A program made the position numbers and the translations under genes. The notes under the pieces are model-generated. The model was not told where the DNA came from. It ran no database searches and saw only the letters and a program-made list of their open reading frames with translations. A stretch of 64,000 nt of DNA from Bugula neritina (lineage: Eukaryota; Animalia; Bryozoa): assembly GCA_964035545.1 (NCBI GenBank), contig OZ037765.1, positions 24,675,504-24,739,503 of the forward strand, written 5' to 3'. The number at the start of each line of letters is the position of its first letter. The first letter of the stretch is position 1. Positions 44,701 to 59,700 of this stretch are shown one piece after another.

Positions 44701-47700
44701 ATCAACTTTTGATGTAACACTTGCACTTTTTTAAAGTTGGTACCTAAATACAGCTTACTATATTTATATATGTAGTTGGCAAAATTTTTTATCACATGGT
44801 GACATATATGCATTTAACCTAAAACTAAACTAAAAAAATTATCTCATCAATTTCTAGTATATAATATTTTAGTTTGATGCAACTTACAAACAAGGAAACA
44901 ATCTTTTCTTGAGAATCGTCTTTTATGCAGTTTTGGGGCTGCAGATTACAGAATGAAGGAAGTTCAGCACTAATTATACCAGAACTCAGGGTTTTATTGG
45001 TAAGTCGACTAGGAATTTCTTTTGATAAAAAGACTTGAATATCATTTCTAATAATCTCAATCGGCAAATCTCCTGGAACCATATTATTTAAAACAGCTTT
45101 GGATATCTTTTCAGCATTAGCCAAGCCTTCGCGAACCACTTTGTGAGACTAAAACAACAATTAAACAACAAGTTTACTACATTTAGCAAGAAATAACAGT
45201 TATAAAAATGTCAATTATATATTATATGTAAGTAAGGTAAGCAACTTTTTTGCACGAGGGCCAATTAAGCATTAAAGAATTAAGAGGGACACTGAAAAAT
45301 GGGCAAAGGGCCACAGGTGGCCCTGGGGCCCCCAGTTGTCCACCCCTGCAAAAGAGGTCACTCACCGATTGTTTTTGAAGCTTTGAATTTGTAAAACTCT
45401 GAAGATTGTCTAAGGTTTGATGAACTGCGTCTCCTGTGTCTAGCCACGGTTCTTTACTTTCTAAATTTGTGTCATAATCCCACACAACCCTCGACTGTTC
45501 AAAATCGATTGATATTGGATTTAGTAGCTGGGAAACTGAGCCCTTCAAACATACATGTAAGGCTGGGTGTTTAATTATCAAATACATATAACAATTTAGA
45601 GCACATGGTTCATCTAGCCCAGTGGTTCAACTTGCCCCACTCTCCTTTATTTCATAAAAGTGTCAGGGTTTGTAAGATTTGAAGCACTCACTTGAAATGC
45701 ATTTTCAATACTGTAAAAGATATTAGTTGCCACGTGTACTAATTCCTTTTGAGTAGTATCTACAGTTCTTTCCATCAATTGGTCCACCAGCCGGCCTGTT
45801 ATCTCAATGCTCGTCTCCTGCGCTCTTCTGTCCAACTCTGGGTAGACTACAGTCACAGCATCTAAAGCCGTTGCGACGAGAGATAATGACTCTATACTTC
45901 CTGTACCCACATTGCTCAGCGCTGTTATCATGGTAGTCTTTACCTAAAAATTATTAAACCAGTCAATACCTCAATGCCTTTGTCACAGATTTAATAATAA
46001 AATAATGAAGATAAAAATGGAAGACTTTCAGTAAATATTTAAAAAAGTATGTAAGATTATAATGAATCATGCTCATTGTACACAGGACATGTTCACTAGT
46101 TGAATAATACAGGCAGAGAGAAATAAATCAGCATATATTTATATGAGGACTGTTCAAACTAAGATATGCAAGCCACAAATTATCACTTAAAAGCAAAGAG
46201 AAAGTAAATAAAACAGAACTTAGCAAATACATTTGGCAACTAACAAAAACATCAAACACACTATAAGCTGGAAAATATTAAAGAAAGCTAAACCATACAA
46301 TACCATTACCAATACCATACCATTAACTTATGCCTATGGGAATGTTTCTTTTATTTTATACAAGCCTAACATGTGCACGTTAAACAAACGAAACGAACAT
46401 TTATCAACCTGTCGACACTCAAAAAAAATATTTTATTGTGCAACCATAAAACATTAGCCATTTAGCTGAAAGCTGTTCATAGCTATTTCTGCTACAATAC
46501 AACACATGATTATACTACAAAGTAAATATTAGAAAATGAAATAATTTATTTTAGAGTTTAAAAGTTTGAGTCCTCTTCCTTCATGAAAGCACATATATAA
46601 ACTCACTTTTGAAACTTCATTTCTAAATGCATCATATTTTCTCCATGCCTCTTGGAATGAACCATTTCCAGTAACATTGAAAGACTTTCTCATCACTTCC
46701 TTATCATAGCTATTCCAATCAGTTTGAACCAGCCCAGCAGATTTGAAGTCAGTTGCAAGTGTGGACTCTTCAGCCAGTGCTGCAACATTGTACAGTTCAT
46801 ATCACGGTTTTTGACGAAGAGAAAATTGTAAGCTTATAATGGAAGCAAAATGCATATATTTACTGTAGCATATAAATTGAACCATTTGAACAATTTTGTA
46901 TCATGTAAATGATACATTGAAACAATGATCTTAAATTTCATGTTAAATATTTGCAAACTTCCATTAATAACAACGTAACAAAATTAAAACAAAACATTAG
47001 AAAGATACAAAAATCTATGATGTGATTTTGCTTATCAACAGTATTTTGCAAGATTGTTCTAAACTCTTTTATTTTGCTAACTTTGCAAAATATTAAAACC
47101 AAACTCTTTATTTGAAATAACTGTTAAATTTTTCTAATAGAAATATAGATGTATAAGTTATGCTTTAATTCGGAAGCTTTATAACTGTTAAAGTTTCTAA
47201 CAAACCAACTATTTTATAAAACACGACTCAACATACATTCAGTCACAAGGGAACTCAACTCCCCAAACATGGCTGCTCTCCTTAAAATTTCTTTGCTAAC
47301 TTCTTTAATTTCGCCACCTTGCAGTACAATGTCCATATTATGAGTATCATTAAATAGACTGTGCGCACCATTGTACAAGTGCCACATTGAACTTCGCTCA
47401 ACCTGCAGAAGAGATATACTCTATAATCTATATGCTCTATCAACAAGCAGACCTTTAATATATTATACTTTAATACTACAGACTACAGCTCAACCTTAGC
47501 TTCTAAGAGTAGATTACTAGATGCAGCACAAAATTTGGGTTCACTGAGTAGTGTTTGTATGCATATTAGTGTCTGAACAGTCAAACTCCACACTCAGCGA
47601 CCCCAAACCTTGTGCGACATAAAGCATTTCTTTTCAAAAGCAAAGTAATTATTACCACCACAGCTTAAAGCTAGCCAGCTTTATTAAACATTAATGCAAC

Positions 47701-50700
47701 TAAAGTATTTGTTCACGTTTACATGGATACTTAGCATACAGCAAACTTGGGTAAAAGGAAGAAGGTACTTGGAGCTTACTCTAACTTTCCCGAGTGACCA
47801 GCTAGCGTAGGAGTTGTCATAGTCTACAACTCTTACGTTCACAGATATATAGAAGTTTTCATGCAGGTGTCCATTGGGAAGATAAATCTGAGTGTTGCTC
47901 AAGTGACTGCTATAGTAGACAAGAGCTGTTGAGTTACCATGTGACTCTGTAAAGTAGTGAAAGTATGAGATAAATGGGTCTTAAGAACAAAGTGAAGTAA
48001 AATTTTACTCTTTATTGTTAAACATAGAAAACAGTATAGAATACAATAAGCACTATGGTTGACCTGTATGTCTATATTAGATATTTATACTTAAAATACC
48101 CTCTTTTTATTACTAACATAAAATTAAATACTGCAGCTGACAATTCAAAGCTATTATTTGCTACATGTTGTGGCATTGAATATATTTTGCTTTAGAATAA
48201 TTATGTTAAATGGACACATACCATATATTTCATATTTCTGTATTCCATTATCATCTCGCCAGTCTTCACAAGTCACATAAAAAGGCATCTCTGCTGAGGA
48301 CACATATTTTGGAGAAATGAAACAAGTTCCGCCAAAAGGAAGTTTGTTAACAAATGCATTGAGAGAAGCAAAACCAGTCTGTGCTGAGGAAGTGCCGAAC
48401 TTAACCTCAAATGACAAGCTGAACTGAAACTGAGTGACTTGAGGATAATCAAGAAATAGCGCTTCAGACACGCCAATACCTTGTGAGTTCTCACCTAAAA
48501 AGGTTAAGGCAGACATTGTAAGAAGTATTTGTTATTTCATAAAACTGAAATGTACAATAGTGTGTAACTTGAAAGTTTAAACAAATGTAAAAATTTCCAC
48601 TCCAAGCGAATAAATGCTACTTTTGAGTTTCAAGCTTTTAAGTTGGCTAGTGCAAAATAAATGCAGTAATGCGCATGAAAACAAACTTCTGGAAAAGTAT
48701 ATTTTATCATTTAAACTTTACAAATGTAATTTATTTTGCATTAAACTCACAATGTGCTTTGCTTTTGTTGTGATATAAACTTCAAACTTTTAAGAATTTA
48801 CTGCTATACTATATGCTTTATTTTGTTCAATATAATACATTACTCAAGTAGCTTAATATTAACTACAACCACAACCAGTTTATGCATCTTTCACCAAACT
48901 ATAACACTGCAAATTTGGATTCACTGAACAATGAGAAACTCATATATTCTGTTGAGGATCAGTACATATACTGAGTAGAGGTCATAGATGCTACTTCACG
49001 ACAACCAACGGTTTGAGTAATTTCTAGAAAAACTTTTTAAATACGAAAGAAATGGAAATATCCAAAAGGTGCTCTGGAAACCTCAGGAATTCAGAAGGCA
49101 TGGCAGCTGATATGTAGATATTAATTTTTAGCAATTTTGCAGAAAAAATATTTTTCAGCTGCAGCTATACCAAAAAAGATCATATATGTATAGCTACAGC
49201 TGTTTGAAGTAAGATATAAAGTAGACTAAACAGATGGAAAATGTAGTAGGAAGTTATGAAAAGAGATAATAGGAGAAGCTTCTAACCAAGTATGGCGGAT
49301 ACATTATTATACATTGACATCTATAACTAGTAGTTTACAACATATCATATCTAGACTTACCATAGACACCTATGATTATCAGAGAGGTCAAATTTATAGG
49401 AAATAAGATATAGTTGAATACAATCCTAGAAATAATAATATATGTAAGCATGATAAAAGTTAACCAAATGTATTGAGATGCTAGCAAAATTAATTTGCCA
49501 GTAAAGATGTTTACAGTGATAAATTATACTATAAGCATGCTGTGAAAATAAAGTATACAGTTTAACTATTTTTGTATATAGTATATGGTTTATTAATGTG
49601 ACGTATTTTTAAATATTTCGAATTCAGAATAGACACAGCGATTACATAGATGACTAGTGATTTTTAGTTTACACCTGCTTTAAGTGTCCATATAACTGCA
49701 TAACTTCCAGTATAAATTGTAAAACTGACCTTTAATATATCTATTCTGGTCTGGAATGTTTCTCCAAAACTTGAACTCATCAAAATATAAAATATCCCAG
49801 TGATATTTGGGAAAAGTGCAGATGAAGTCTAAACAGAGAGCAAACAAAGCAAGCTGATTGGTTGGGTTAATCTGCTGTCCACCAGTCACTTGCTTGCATA
49901 GGCCTCCTTCTGCACACCTGTCAGTATAATATACTACACCTGTCAGTATGATATACTACACCTGTCAGTATGATATACTACACCTGTCAGTATAATATAC
50001 TACACCTGTCAGTATAATATACTACACCTGTCAGCATAATATACTACACCTGTCAGTATAATATAATATACCTGTCAGTATAATATACTACACCTGTCAG
50101 TATGATATACTACACCTGTCAGTATGATATACTACACCTGTCAGTATAATATACTACACCTGTCAGTATAATATACTACACCTGTCAGCATAATATACTA
50201 CACCTGTCAGTATAATATACTACACCTGTCAGTATAATATATTACACCTGTCAGTATAATATACTACACCTGTCAGCATAATATATTACACCTGTCAGTA
50301 TGATATACTACACCTGTCAGTATAATATAATATATATGCACTATGCATGCTTGTCAAACCACAAAATAATTGGATTAATAGTGATGATGGAGACTATTAT
50401 TATGTTCTACTCTATGTACATAGTAGCTACTGCTGCTGCACTAAAATATTTTGTGCAGCAGCATGATTCTCAAACCAGTGTATAGAAAGCAGATTTCAAA
50501 TAAAAAACTGCACGATTTCAAACGAAATGTCTTTTTGTCAAAGCATAAATGCTTGCAGGCCTACAGACTATAAGCAAGTCTTTAAATTACATTGGTTGTG
50601 TATCAAGTCTATAAATATAATTCAAATCTTCAACTCCATATGCTTTATTTCAAACATGATGAAGTTTCTACCTGATTGAAATGACGGGTAACTTTGATTC

Positions 50701-53700
50701 GTCTACTACTTTGACTTGCAGATAATTGGAACCTTTACGGAGATCTGCACTTGTCACTATGACAACGAACTCATAGACCATGCCAGGCAGCATCAATGAG
50801 GAGTTGATATTAATTGTCCCGGTATGCAAGTCCAGTCTGCCAGCGCCTGTGTGAACGTTGCAGTGTACAAGCAGGATGTTTACAACAGTAATATTTGAGC
50901 TAGACTTTTTCTGATAACGACTTTTTTTTAAATTTTAAGCAGGTTTGACTTATTTAAATTATTGTGATGAGGAGAAAATAAGCATAAAGCTTCTTGCGAA
51001 AAATTGATCTGTTTTCACATTGCTACAGGTTGTATGAATATTTAAGATATATGAGCATATGATGCACATTACCTTCCCCAAAGCAGCCACCGGCATCAAA
51101 TTTAGCCTTCTTAGCATCCTTTTCTTTCAATAGAGGAAAACGTAGAAACTCTCCGGTTATTGGGTTCACAGGAATTTGCTCCCCTTCTCTCCGACAGAAC
51201 CATTCAAACGAAATTAAATGCTGCACAATAAAAATAAATATTTTTATCACAGCATAATACAAAAATGACATTTCTATATGCAATTTTTTTCTATAATTTA
51301 TGACACTGCTGAATGAAATTAATTAGCTTACTTAAAATGGGATTAAATAATAAAAACGGTGCTTCACTGTGTTAATGCATGCATGTGTAACAGATTAGTT
51401 AAAAAACAAAAGCATTCCATGTTTCCTTGCTCTTGCAAAAAGTAGACAGAGAAAGAATATTATTAAAGATTGCAAAAGAAAACCACCATTAGTTACATGG
51501 AAGTTCATCAGCATGGCAACCAAGGCATTGAAGTTGTCTTACCGCTGGTTCATTAGCTGGCAAGTCAGGATCCACAGTGTATTTGTCAGCTTCTAAGGAA
51601 ATTACTTGATTGCTGCCTCTTTTAATCATGGATAATCCGCCAAACACCATTCGAGTTACCAAGTTTGATCTAAATTGTATTAAAACACACCATAAGTAGA
51701 TTCATATACATAATTGTAATCTTTGAACTTCCAAAATAGTTCTTCCTATATTATTATAACTTGTATTAGTGTCTTAGTGTTTATAGCAACAAAAATGCAG
51801 GATGGCAATTCTAAAACTTGAAATGTTTTTCTTAGAAGTTCATATGCAATCGATTTTGTTGTGAGTCTCAATTTACATATGCGCTAGTTTAGTTAAGATT
51901 ATATTGTGTAGCTGGTACTTTTGTCATTGCAGATCTTGACTGTTTTAAAAATCTATAAAAAGTATAAACTCAAAAAAAACCTCTGAAATTTCTCTACAAC
52001 TACTGGGAAGCTTGTAATAGATATGTAGAAGCTTACACTTTATAGCTTATATTTAAGTATTCATCGTTTCTAATTAAGCACTTTTATTTTTAAATATTTT
52101 TTCAACAGTTGGGTCAACCTCCTTTTCACATTGTATAGTGTAAAACTTTTGCCCCCACTGGGATTTGAACCCAAAACCTCCGACTTGCATGCAGACGCGC
52201 TAACCATTACACCACACGGACTACTGGGTAAACTCAACACTACATATTGTTTAATCCTATAGTGCACAGTGCACACAACTTTATAACAAATAAAATAAGC
52301 AAACTTTTTAGGAGTTATAATGACTTCAAAGTATTTATCTTATGAACCTGTTTTTTATTTTCAGCAGCATCATTCTAACTCATTGCTATCAGAACCAGCC
52401 ATTTTGCTGCATAGATATTTATTACAGCACATAACCTTTTAAGAATAGAAGCAACATAAACCCAGGTTGAAATGATAACACACCTTATTATTTGGATAAA
52501 TGTAGATACACTAGCATAGAAAGGCACACCGTCTACGCCTTGACTCATGGAGACCGAATACTCGAGTTCGTAGTACCCGAGATCGAGGAAAAGGTGAGGA
52601 AGCACCAACTGAGCTGTCACTCGGGTAGCAATGCTGCTTAATTCTATCTCTTTTACTCGATATCCAAAATCGGCATTTATGCTATAAATCTGAAAAGCAT
52701 TCAGATTTGAATAATTGATTACGGAACACATATCTAAAACAGTTTATATCATGTGATGCTCGGGGCATAGCGAAAAATGTGCATTTTTTAGAGAAGAAAA
52801 TCTTGCAATCCAATAAAGAATAAAAATACTAAATTATTGGTAAATAATAGATCACTAATAAAATATTAAATTAAAAACATCAACCTGTAAAAGATTTTAA
52901 TAATTTGATTCTCTACACAATGTTTAACCATCTTACTTCATGTAGGATAGCAGATAAGTTTCTGTTACTATATATGTGAACCAACCTTCCACCTTTTAGA
53001 GTTCATTAACGTATCACTGCAAACTAGAACTGTGTAAGCATACGTGGTTGACAAAACAGATTTATATCGCGGCTCAGCATCCAGAAAACTGCTTCTTTGA
53101 TTTTCTAAATACAAAACACGAAGAAGTTTAGTTTAGTAGTAAGTAACCACTTTAAAACTAAAAGTAGAACGAATGATAAGGACCAGAAATATGCTGAGCA
53201 TGGGAGATGATACCTATATAAAGTTCTGGTTGGTGACAGTGTCTTTTTGATACTGCAATAGATTTCGTGAAAGACATCTTCTCCGTAAATGGATTCTTCA
53301 AGGTCACTGAGAGGTCATAAGCTCCTTCCTCTAAGTAGGTGTGGTTTAGCATAAGAGGAATTGACAGTGGGTGTAACTTAGCACCAGGTTCTCCGCAAGA
53401 AGCATTAGTATTCATATGAGAACTAAAATATTACTGCAATTTATACTGTTTACTCCACGAAATTAGAACACAATATTTGTAAAACAACTTGACTAGATAT
53501 AAGGAAATTGACAAAACAAGGTAAAGGATATCTGCTATCTGACACACATCGGGGTTGAAAGCCTACCGTATATAAAACAAGCTGGAAGTGTTTATTGATA
53601 ATTAGGAAGACTCAACACATTCATTTTGAAAAATAAATTGCCACCACTGGGATTTGAATGCTAATCATTACACCACTGGGGACTACTGGGTAATCTCATC

Positions 53701-56700
53701 ACTACAGATTTAAACCAAGAACAACATCATTCAAAATTAAATAAATTTTTTCAACAGAAATTTAGAATAATTTTCAGATAACTTCAACTAATCCTTCACA
53801 CCTGAAGTAAGCAAGAGGGGAGCCGTCACCAAAGTCAACAGTCATGCAGCAATCTACACACTCTGAGTCTAGAGAGATAGAAAACAGCTTGGGTTTGCCA
53901 GGTATGGTGGTACTAGAGGTGGATAGAGTGGAGGGGGATAAGTCTGCAGTGTGCTGGATGGTGAACAGAGCTGACACTAACTCATGGCTCAAGTCATTCT
54001 CAACTCGGACTGTCACATTATAATCACCTGCCTGAAGTACAGAGGAGACATCAAAATAATATTATATTATATATATAAAATTATGTATATACTATAATAT
54101 TATATATAACTGTATCCAACACCCAAATTTAGTGCTATTATTCAACTTGCTATGCTAAAATGATAAAAAAAATAGTAAAAAGGTAAAGTAAATAAGAATT
54201 ATATTATATTGAATTATATTAACTAATATAATAAGGTATCAATATGCTGTTAATAGCCAACAAAAAATCATGAAAATGCATGAAAAACATCTCTTGACCA
54301 TAATTTCTTTTTTACTCCATAAATTTTTAAAAAAGAAACGAAATGTTTTTGCCATTGAATTTTGCTCTAGTTTATTGAATTTCAATTCTCGAACTGTACG
54401 AAATGATTGATGGAATAAATATATAATAGGCATATATACTTTAATAATATTAACTTAATATATATGCTCCAGAATTTTCTAGTTAATTAACTACAAATTT
54501 TAAATTGATGAAAATTGTGGTTTTATTTTTTGCTATGGAAAAAAATGAAAGCATAGATATGTATTATAGCTGAGTGAAAAAATTATTAGTGATTTCAATA
54601 GCTGATGTTTTGCCCAATGAAACTATTTAGTTTTCAAAAAAATAAAATAACACTTTTTTCTTACTTCTGACATTGAAACTATGATAGGAGATTCATCATA
54701 TGTAGAGACGTTAACCATGCCACTGCTCAGGTTTTCTGTGTATACTTCATACCAAGCTGGTGACCCTAAAAGTAAATTGTTGATTTAATAAGTCAGAAAT
54801 TTCAAACATAGTTATAATGCCGCTGTATTCTAAACACAAAGTACTTTTGCTCCTAAATAGAGTCTGAGTAATTTTATAGTAAGCGGTAGCCAACTTTTAC
54901 ACAAGTATGATTAGAAATTCCTGAGCTTAAAAGAACCATTAATATACCTTTAGATTTTCGAATATCATAAATTATGGGGCGATTCATAGGCAGAGTATAG
55001 GTGTGAGCCCGAACTCCAAACCTCGGGCTAGCATTTTGAGGAGTAAGAGGTTGCCAAAGTACACTCATAGAGACGTTCTCTATAAGCTCTACACTATTCA
55101 TCTACAACAAAAATTTATTACAATAGAAATATAGCTTTACATGCATACATATCAACGCCCACCACCACATATATGAACATAAATACAATAATTGCCAAAA
55201 ATGCATCAATAACGGTTGCATAAAAACACAAATTATATTATGTAACTTTGGTTAGGTTTCCTAAACTTGCTGAACTTAACCAGGCAATAATGATAACAAA
55301 TTTTGCTCTTGTATTTATTATTAGGAAGCACAAAGTAAATTTAAGAATTTGATATACCTGCAGCGGAAAAAACACATTTGATGCTAAATTATTTAGCTTC
55401 ACAGAGCCCAAGTATACTCCAGGCTGTGCAAAATCAAAGGAATACGTCACAGAGTTGTTATCAAGTGGTAGTAGCTGTTCCTCTACGAAGTGGCCATCAC
55501 CGTAATCAACCATTATCGATAGTGTTGTGGGGTAATCAATAAGAATGCCATTATACAGCACTTCCACTATTAGAGTATCTGCATTAAAAACAAGCTGCTC
55601 AATGAAACATCCTAACAAGTAATTGACCTGCAAGAAATCCTTTAAAAGCATCAGTAAAAGAAAACTTTGGTATGGTGGATTCCTACATCTAAGAGCTTAT
55701 TTTAAAATCATAGGGAGATCTGAGTTAGTTTTGATAATTCTTAATTCGAGATAACTTTATGTCTAGACTGTATTGCCTTTATTTGGAACATTTACCATAG
55801 AAAGTTACTATAGCCATTGGTAGAGGTCATTGAAGCAAACATATGTATGCAGTTATTAATAAATAACTTAATCATTGTATGGTTACTGTTTTACCATGTT
55901 TCCTTTTACCAAAACAGAACAGAGTGACATGATCCACATCACTGAAATGAGGAAAATAAAAAAATATTTACTTTCTATTAAGATTCATCATCACTATTAA
56001 TTATAAGTTTTATTTGCTTTACGGACTTGATATAGCAATTTTGAATTAACTAATAAGCATTTATTTCCTTGGTCATGCAGAGAGAGCACAACTATAAATT
56101 AAGTCAATTGGGCCACAAAAAATATAAATTATAGTATAGATGTGGCTTGCATGGTTATAAATATAATGATGAGTTTATATGCATAAGAAAGAGAGTGTAA
56201 ATAGGAGGGAGATGCAGTAGGGTATAATGTAGCTAAGGAGAGACTATGAATACATAAATTAAGAATTTTTTAAAGTGTAAGAGTGTGTGCCCAACCCAGA
56301 AGCCAGGATTGTGGAGCACCACCAGCCCCATACCCTCTTTGAGAGGCCTTATCCCCCCTCTCAGAGCAAAACTAACCAAAACACATTAGTGCACTAACCC
56401 ACAGGCTGTTCGGGTAGACAACTACTCAATAAGTCAACAAACAAATGCAGACTATCAAATACTGATGTAACAAACAAACATACCTGGGAATTTAATAGGA
56501 GCGTTAGTGATAACTGTAAACATTCCTTCTCTAACAGGTTTCTGTACCCATATATCATAGGTCATTGTGATAGCTCCCATTAGATTGGCTGCTAGAACAG
56601 TTATTGTGTAGTTCCCAACAACAGTGTAAGTATGAAACTGAACTGACTTCAATATTTCTAAAATCATATAAAATACAAAATGTATTGTAAATGGACCAGT

Positions 56701-59700
56701 AAAACATAAAAGAGATATTCAGGTAAATAACTCTGGATCATAATTGTTTCATTTCTGCTGTTGAAGTTTAGTTGTCCAAGGAGACTCAGGGGCGTAATAA
56801 GCATAATTGTTAAACAACTTATAGAAATTAACAAATTAATAACATAAAAACTGTAACAAGACATTTGAGTGTCTATAACAGGTCACAAATTTTTAGCTCA
56901 TTGATATACATTTGCCTATAAATTACCACTTTCAAGCAAAAAAGATATTTTAACCCACACTTCAAAAAGATAAACATTTACACATACATATATAGAACAG
57001 TTGAGAGATTATGTTTTTAGACAGCATTAAAACTACATTATTTAATGGACTACATTCATGAGATTTGTGGAAAGACTTCTATATTTCGATTCTTCTACAT
57101 CATACAAAAAATGCCTGGCAAAAATTTTCACATAAAAATTAAGCTACTAAGATATGCCATACATTTTATTAAAGGGAACTCCAACTTCAGTTAATAGTAA
57201 ATCTTGATAATATGAAACAAGTTATTAATATACGAGTGAATATTCAACTGTACCTAATGAAGTAAGACAACTTCAAAATTTAATTAAACAACAAATATAA
57301 TTTTACCCTGTTGCGTTAATTTTACTGGTAAGCTTGCATCTCCGTATATATAAGTCACATTTACATCATCACCTTTCAACATTGACACAGATATATTGAT
57401 TGGTTCATTTACTACGGCATGGCTGGGTATGACCTACAAAACATAAGTGCTTATTCTAATTTGAGAGTAACTGGCAAAGCAAAAATCTTAACATACTAGG
57501 AAGCAGGGTTGGGGTCAATTACATATGAATGTAATTAATTACAATTACAATTACCCCAACCCGACTAGGAGGCATGTTTTACAAAAAAAGATAAGCGTTT
57601 TAATGGGTCTCAACATAAACAAACAAAGTCTAACACACAATCTATTACTAAACATTCATCACCAAATTTTGTAAACTTTTATCTAACTTACTTTTGCAAC
57701 ATATAACAAAGTTTTTTTTACAGTCAATGCCTTCTCTAGCTAACCTGTAGTGATAAATCAACGATTGGCCACATCATTTCCTTGACAGCATTAAGTACAA
57801 CATGCTGCCCAATGGGATTGGTTAAAATAGTTGTGACGTTGACAGTCTTAACCTCTTCATAGTCATAGACATATTCCACTCCGAATTGAGCTGATGAAAT
57901 TTTCATCTGGTTGCCATCTCCACCATATATTAACATAGTTATCTGATAAATTAAAAAATATGTCTTGTTACAGTTATAATCAAACAACATGCAGCCAAAA
58001 TTTATGAAAAAGCATCAACCATAAATTTGAAAAGCGAAAAAACTTGAAAAAAAAACTTGAAACTTAGTTTCAAGTTACTTCCTTCTAAGACTTGAAAAAA
58101 ACTCTGTAAAATTTCCCTATTAACTTGAAAAATCAGAGTTTTCAAAACATTACACAACAAAATTTTGTATTAGATATATTTTAACTGGATTAACCAAAAA
58201 TATCAAATACCAAAGTTAATTATTACACAATTAAATTTGTATATGAAATTAATTTTCCAACCACTCATTAAATCAATCAATGCAACAACATTAAAAATTG
58301 CTTGAGGCCAATATACTCATTTTGATATCACTGAAAGGGGCAGAATTTGCTTAAGCCACTAAATTCTCTCAACCTAGTTTTGTTGGATCAGCTTGTTAGA
58401 AACATAATAACTAATGTTTGCACCCTTACATGATTGGGAATATGGTGTGATGAAACACCAGGTGTGCCATCAACTACTTTGTACCCGACACCAAAAGCTC
58501 CAACTCCGTTAAAATAGAAGTTGCTAGAGACAAGGTCAACGTGGGCAGGCATTGGAGTTACAATTATGAGAGCTATTGAGAAAGATGAAGTCTCCCTACA
58601 ACAGTGAAGTGGATGTATAGAAACAGATAAGAAATAAACATTGCTTTGCATAGAGTACATTAATGCCTTTGAGCTGAGATGTAAATGAAGCCTGTATATA
58701 TCAGATTAAATCTAATGCAATGTTCATATGTCAGTGTGAGATAACAACATGAAAATTCTATAAAAATATTGAGTACTGTTTAATGAACAGTCTTTCGCGA
58801 TATCACAAATATATATAATATCAATTGCATTGCAGTCTTTGATGTGGCAGCACAAGATATTAAGACTTTGAGTAAATAAAATTACCCCAAAGGAGATGAA
58901 ACAGTGATAGTGACATTGTAATCTCCACCAGTAGAGTAGACGTGATTTAGATTCGCAGGTAACACACTGGTCTCCACATCTCCTTCTCCCCAGTCTAAGG
59001 AAGCAGTTACGTTGCTTCCAGATGTTACATTCACATTTATGTCGAAACCGGTACTAATAGCATCTTCAAACTGTAACTGAGTAACTTTTAATGTTTTGAG
59101 ATTATCAAGAGCTCCAAAAGGTGTAATGACCTTCACTCCTTGTATGGGGTCTAGAACGTGAACAGTCCGTGAGGCTGTGGCTGAAGCACTCGGTGACATA
59201 GCAGCAAAGTTAAAATCATAAACTCCTTCACTTAGTGGGGGTACAACCACATTAAATAAACCAGTAGAACTGTCGAATTTTGCAAACATCGGAGGAAAAT
59301 TTTCGACCTGAAGCGACACATTAGAGTAGAGGTGCGCTGGTAAGCTGAATTCTATTGTCGATGCTGAGCCAGAAGGCAATACTAAAAATAAGAACAAACA
59401 ACAGGTTTAGCATTTTGAAACTTATTTAGAAAAAGGCAGCTTTTTAAACACCCTTTAAAGAAAACCCAAAATTATGTTTAACATTTTGTAAACTAACTAT
59501 CAAAACATAATGTACAGAAATATGAATGATGCTTTTACAAACAAAACTGTGAAATAATCAGTTTGCAGTGAACTTACCAACTGTAGACAGATTGAGGAGA
59601 TCATGTAAGCTTATTGCAGTAATTGTTTCAGTCTTACTAGACGAACCATAGTCATTGGTACAATTAACACTTAGCCACAGCCTGTCTGATGTATCTAAAA

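Noticed and set aside
49914-50326. CRISPR-like array
   Set aside because: Units are head-to-tail with no unique spacers, the context is a eukaryotic intron, and there are no cas genes.
52150-52225. Functional tRNA-Ala gene (also 30245-30305 and 39663-39740)
   Set aside because: Acceptor and anticodon stems pair poorly, and copies are deleted or have non-tRNA bodies, so they are treated as SINE-like repeats.
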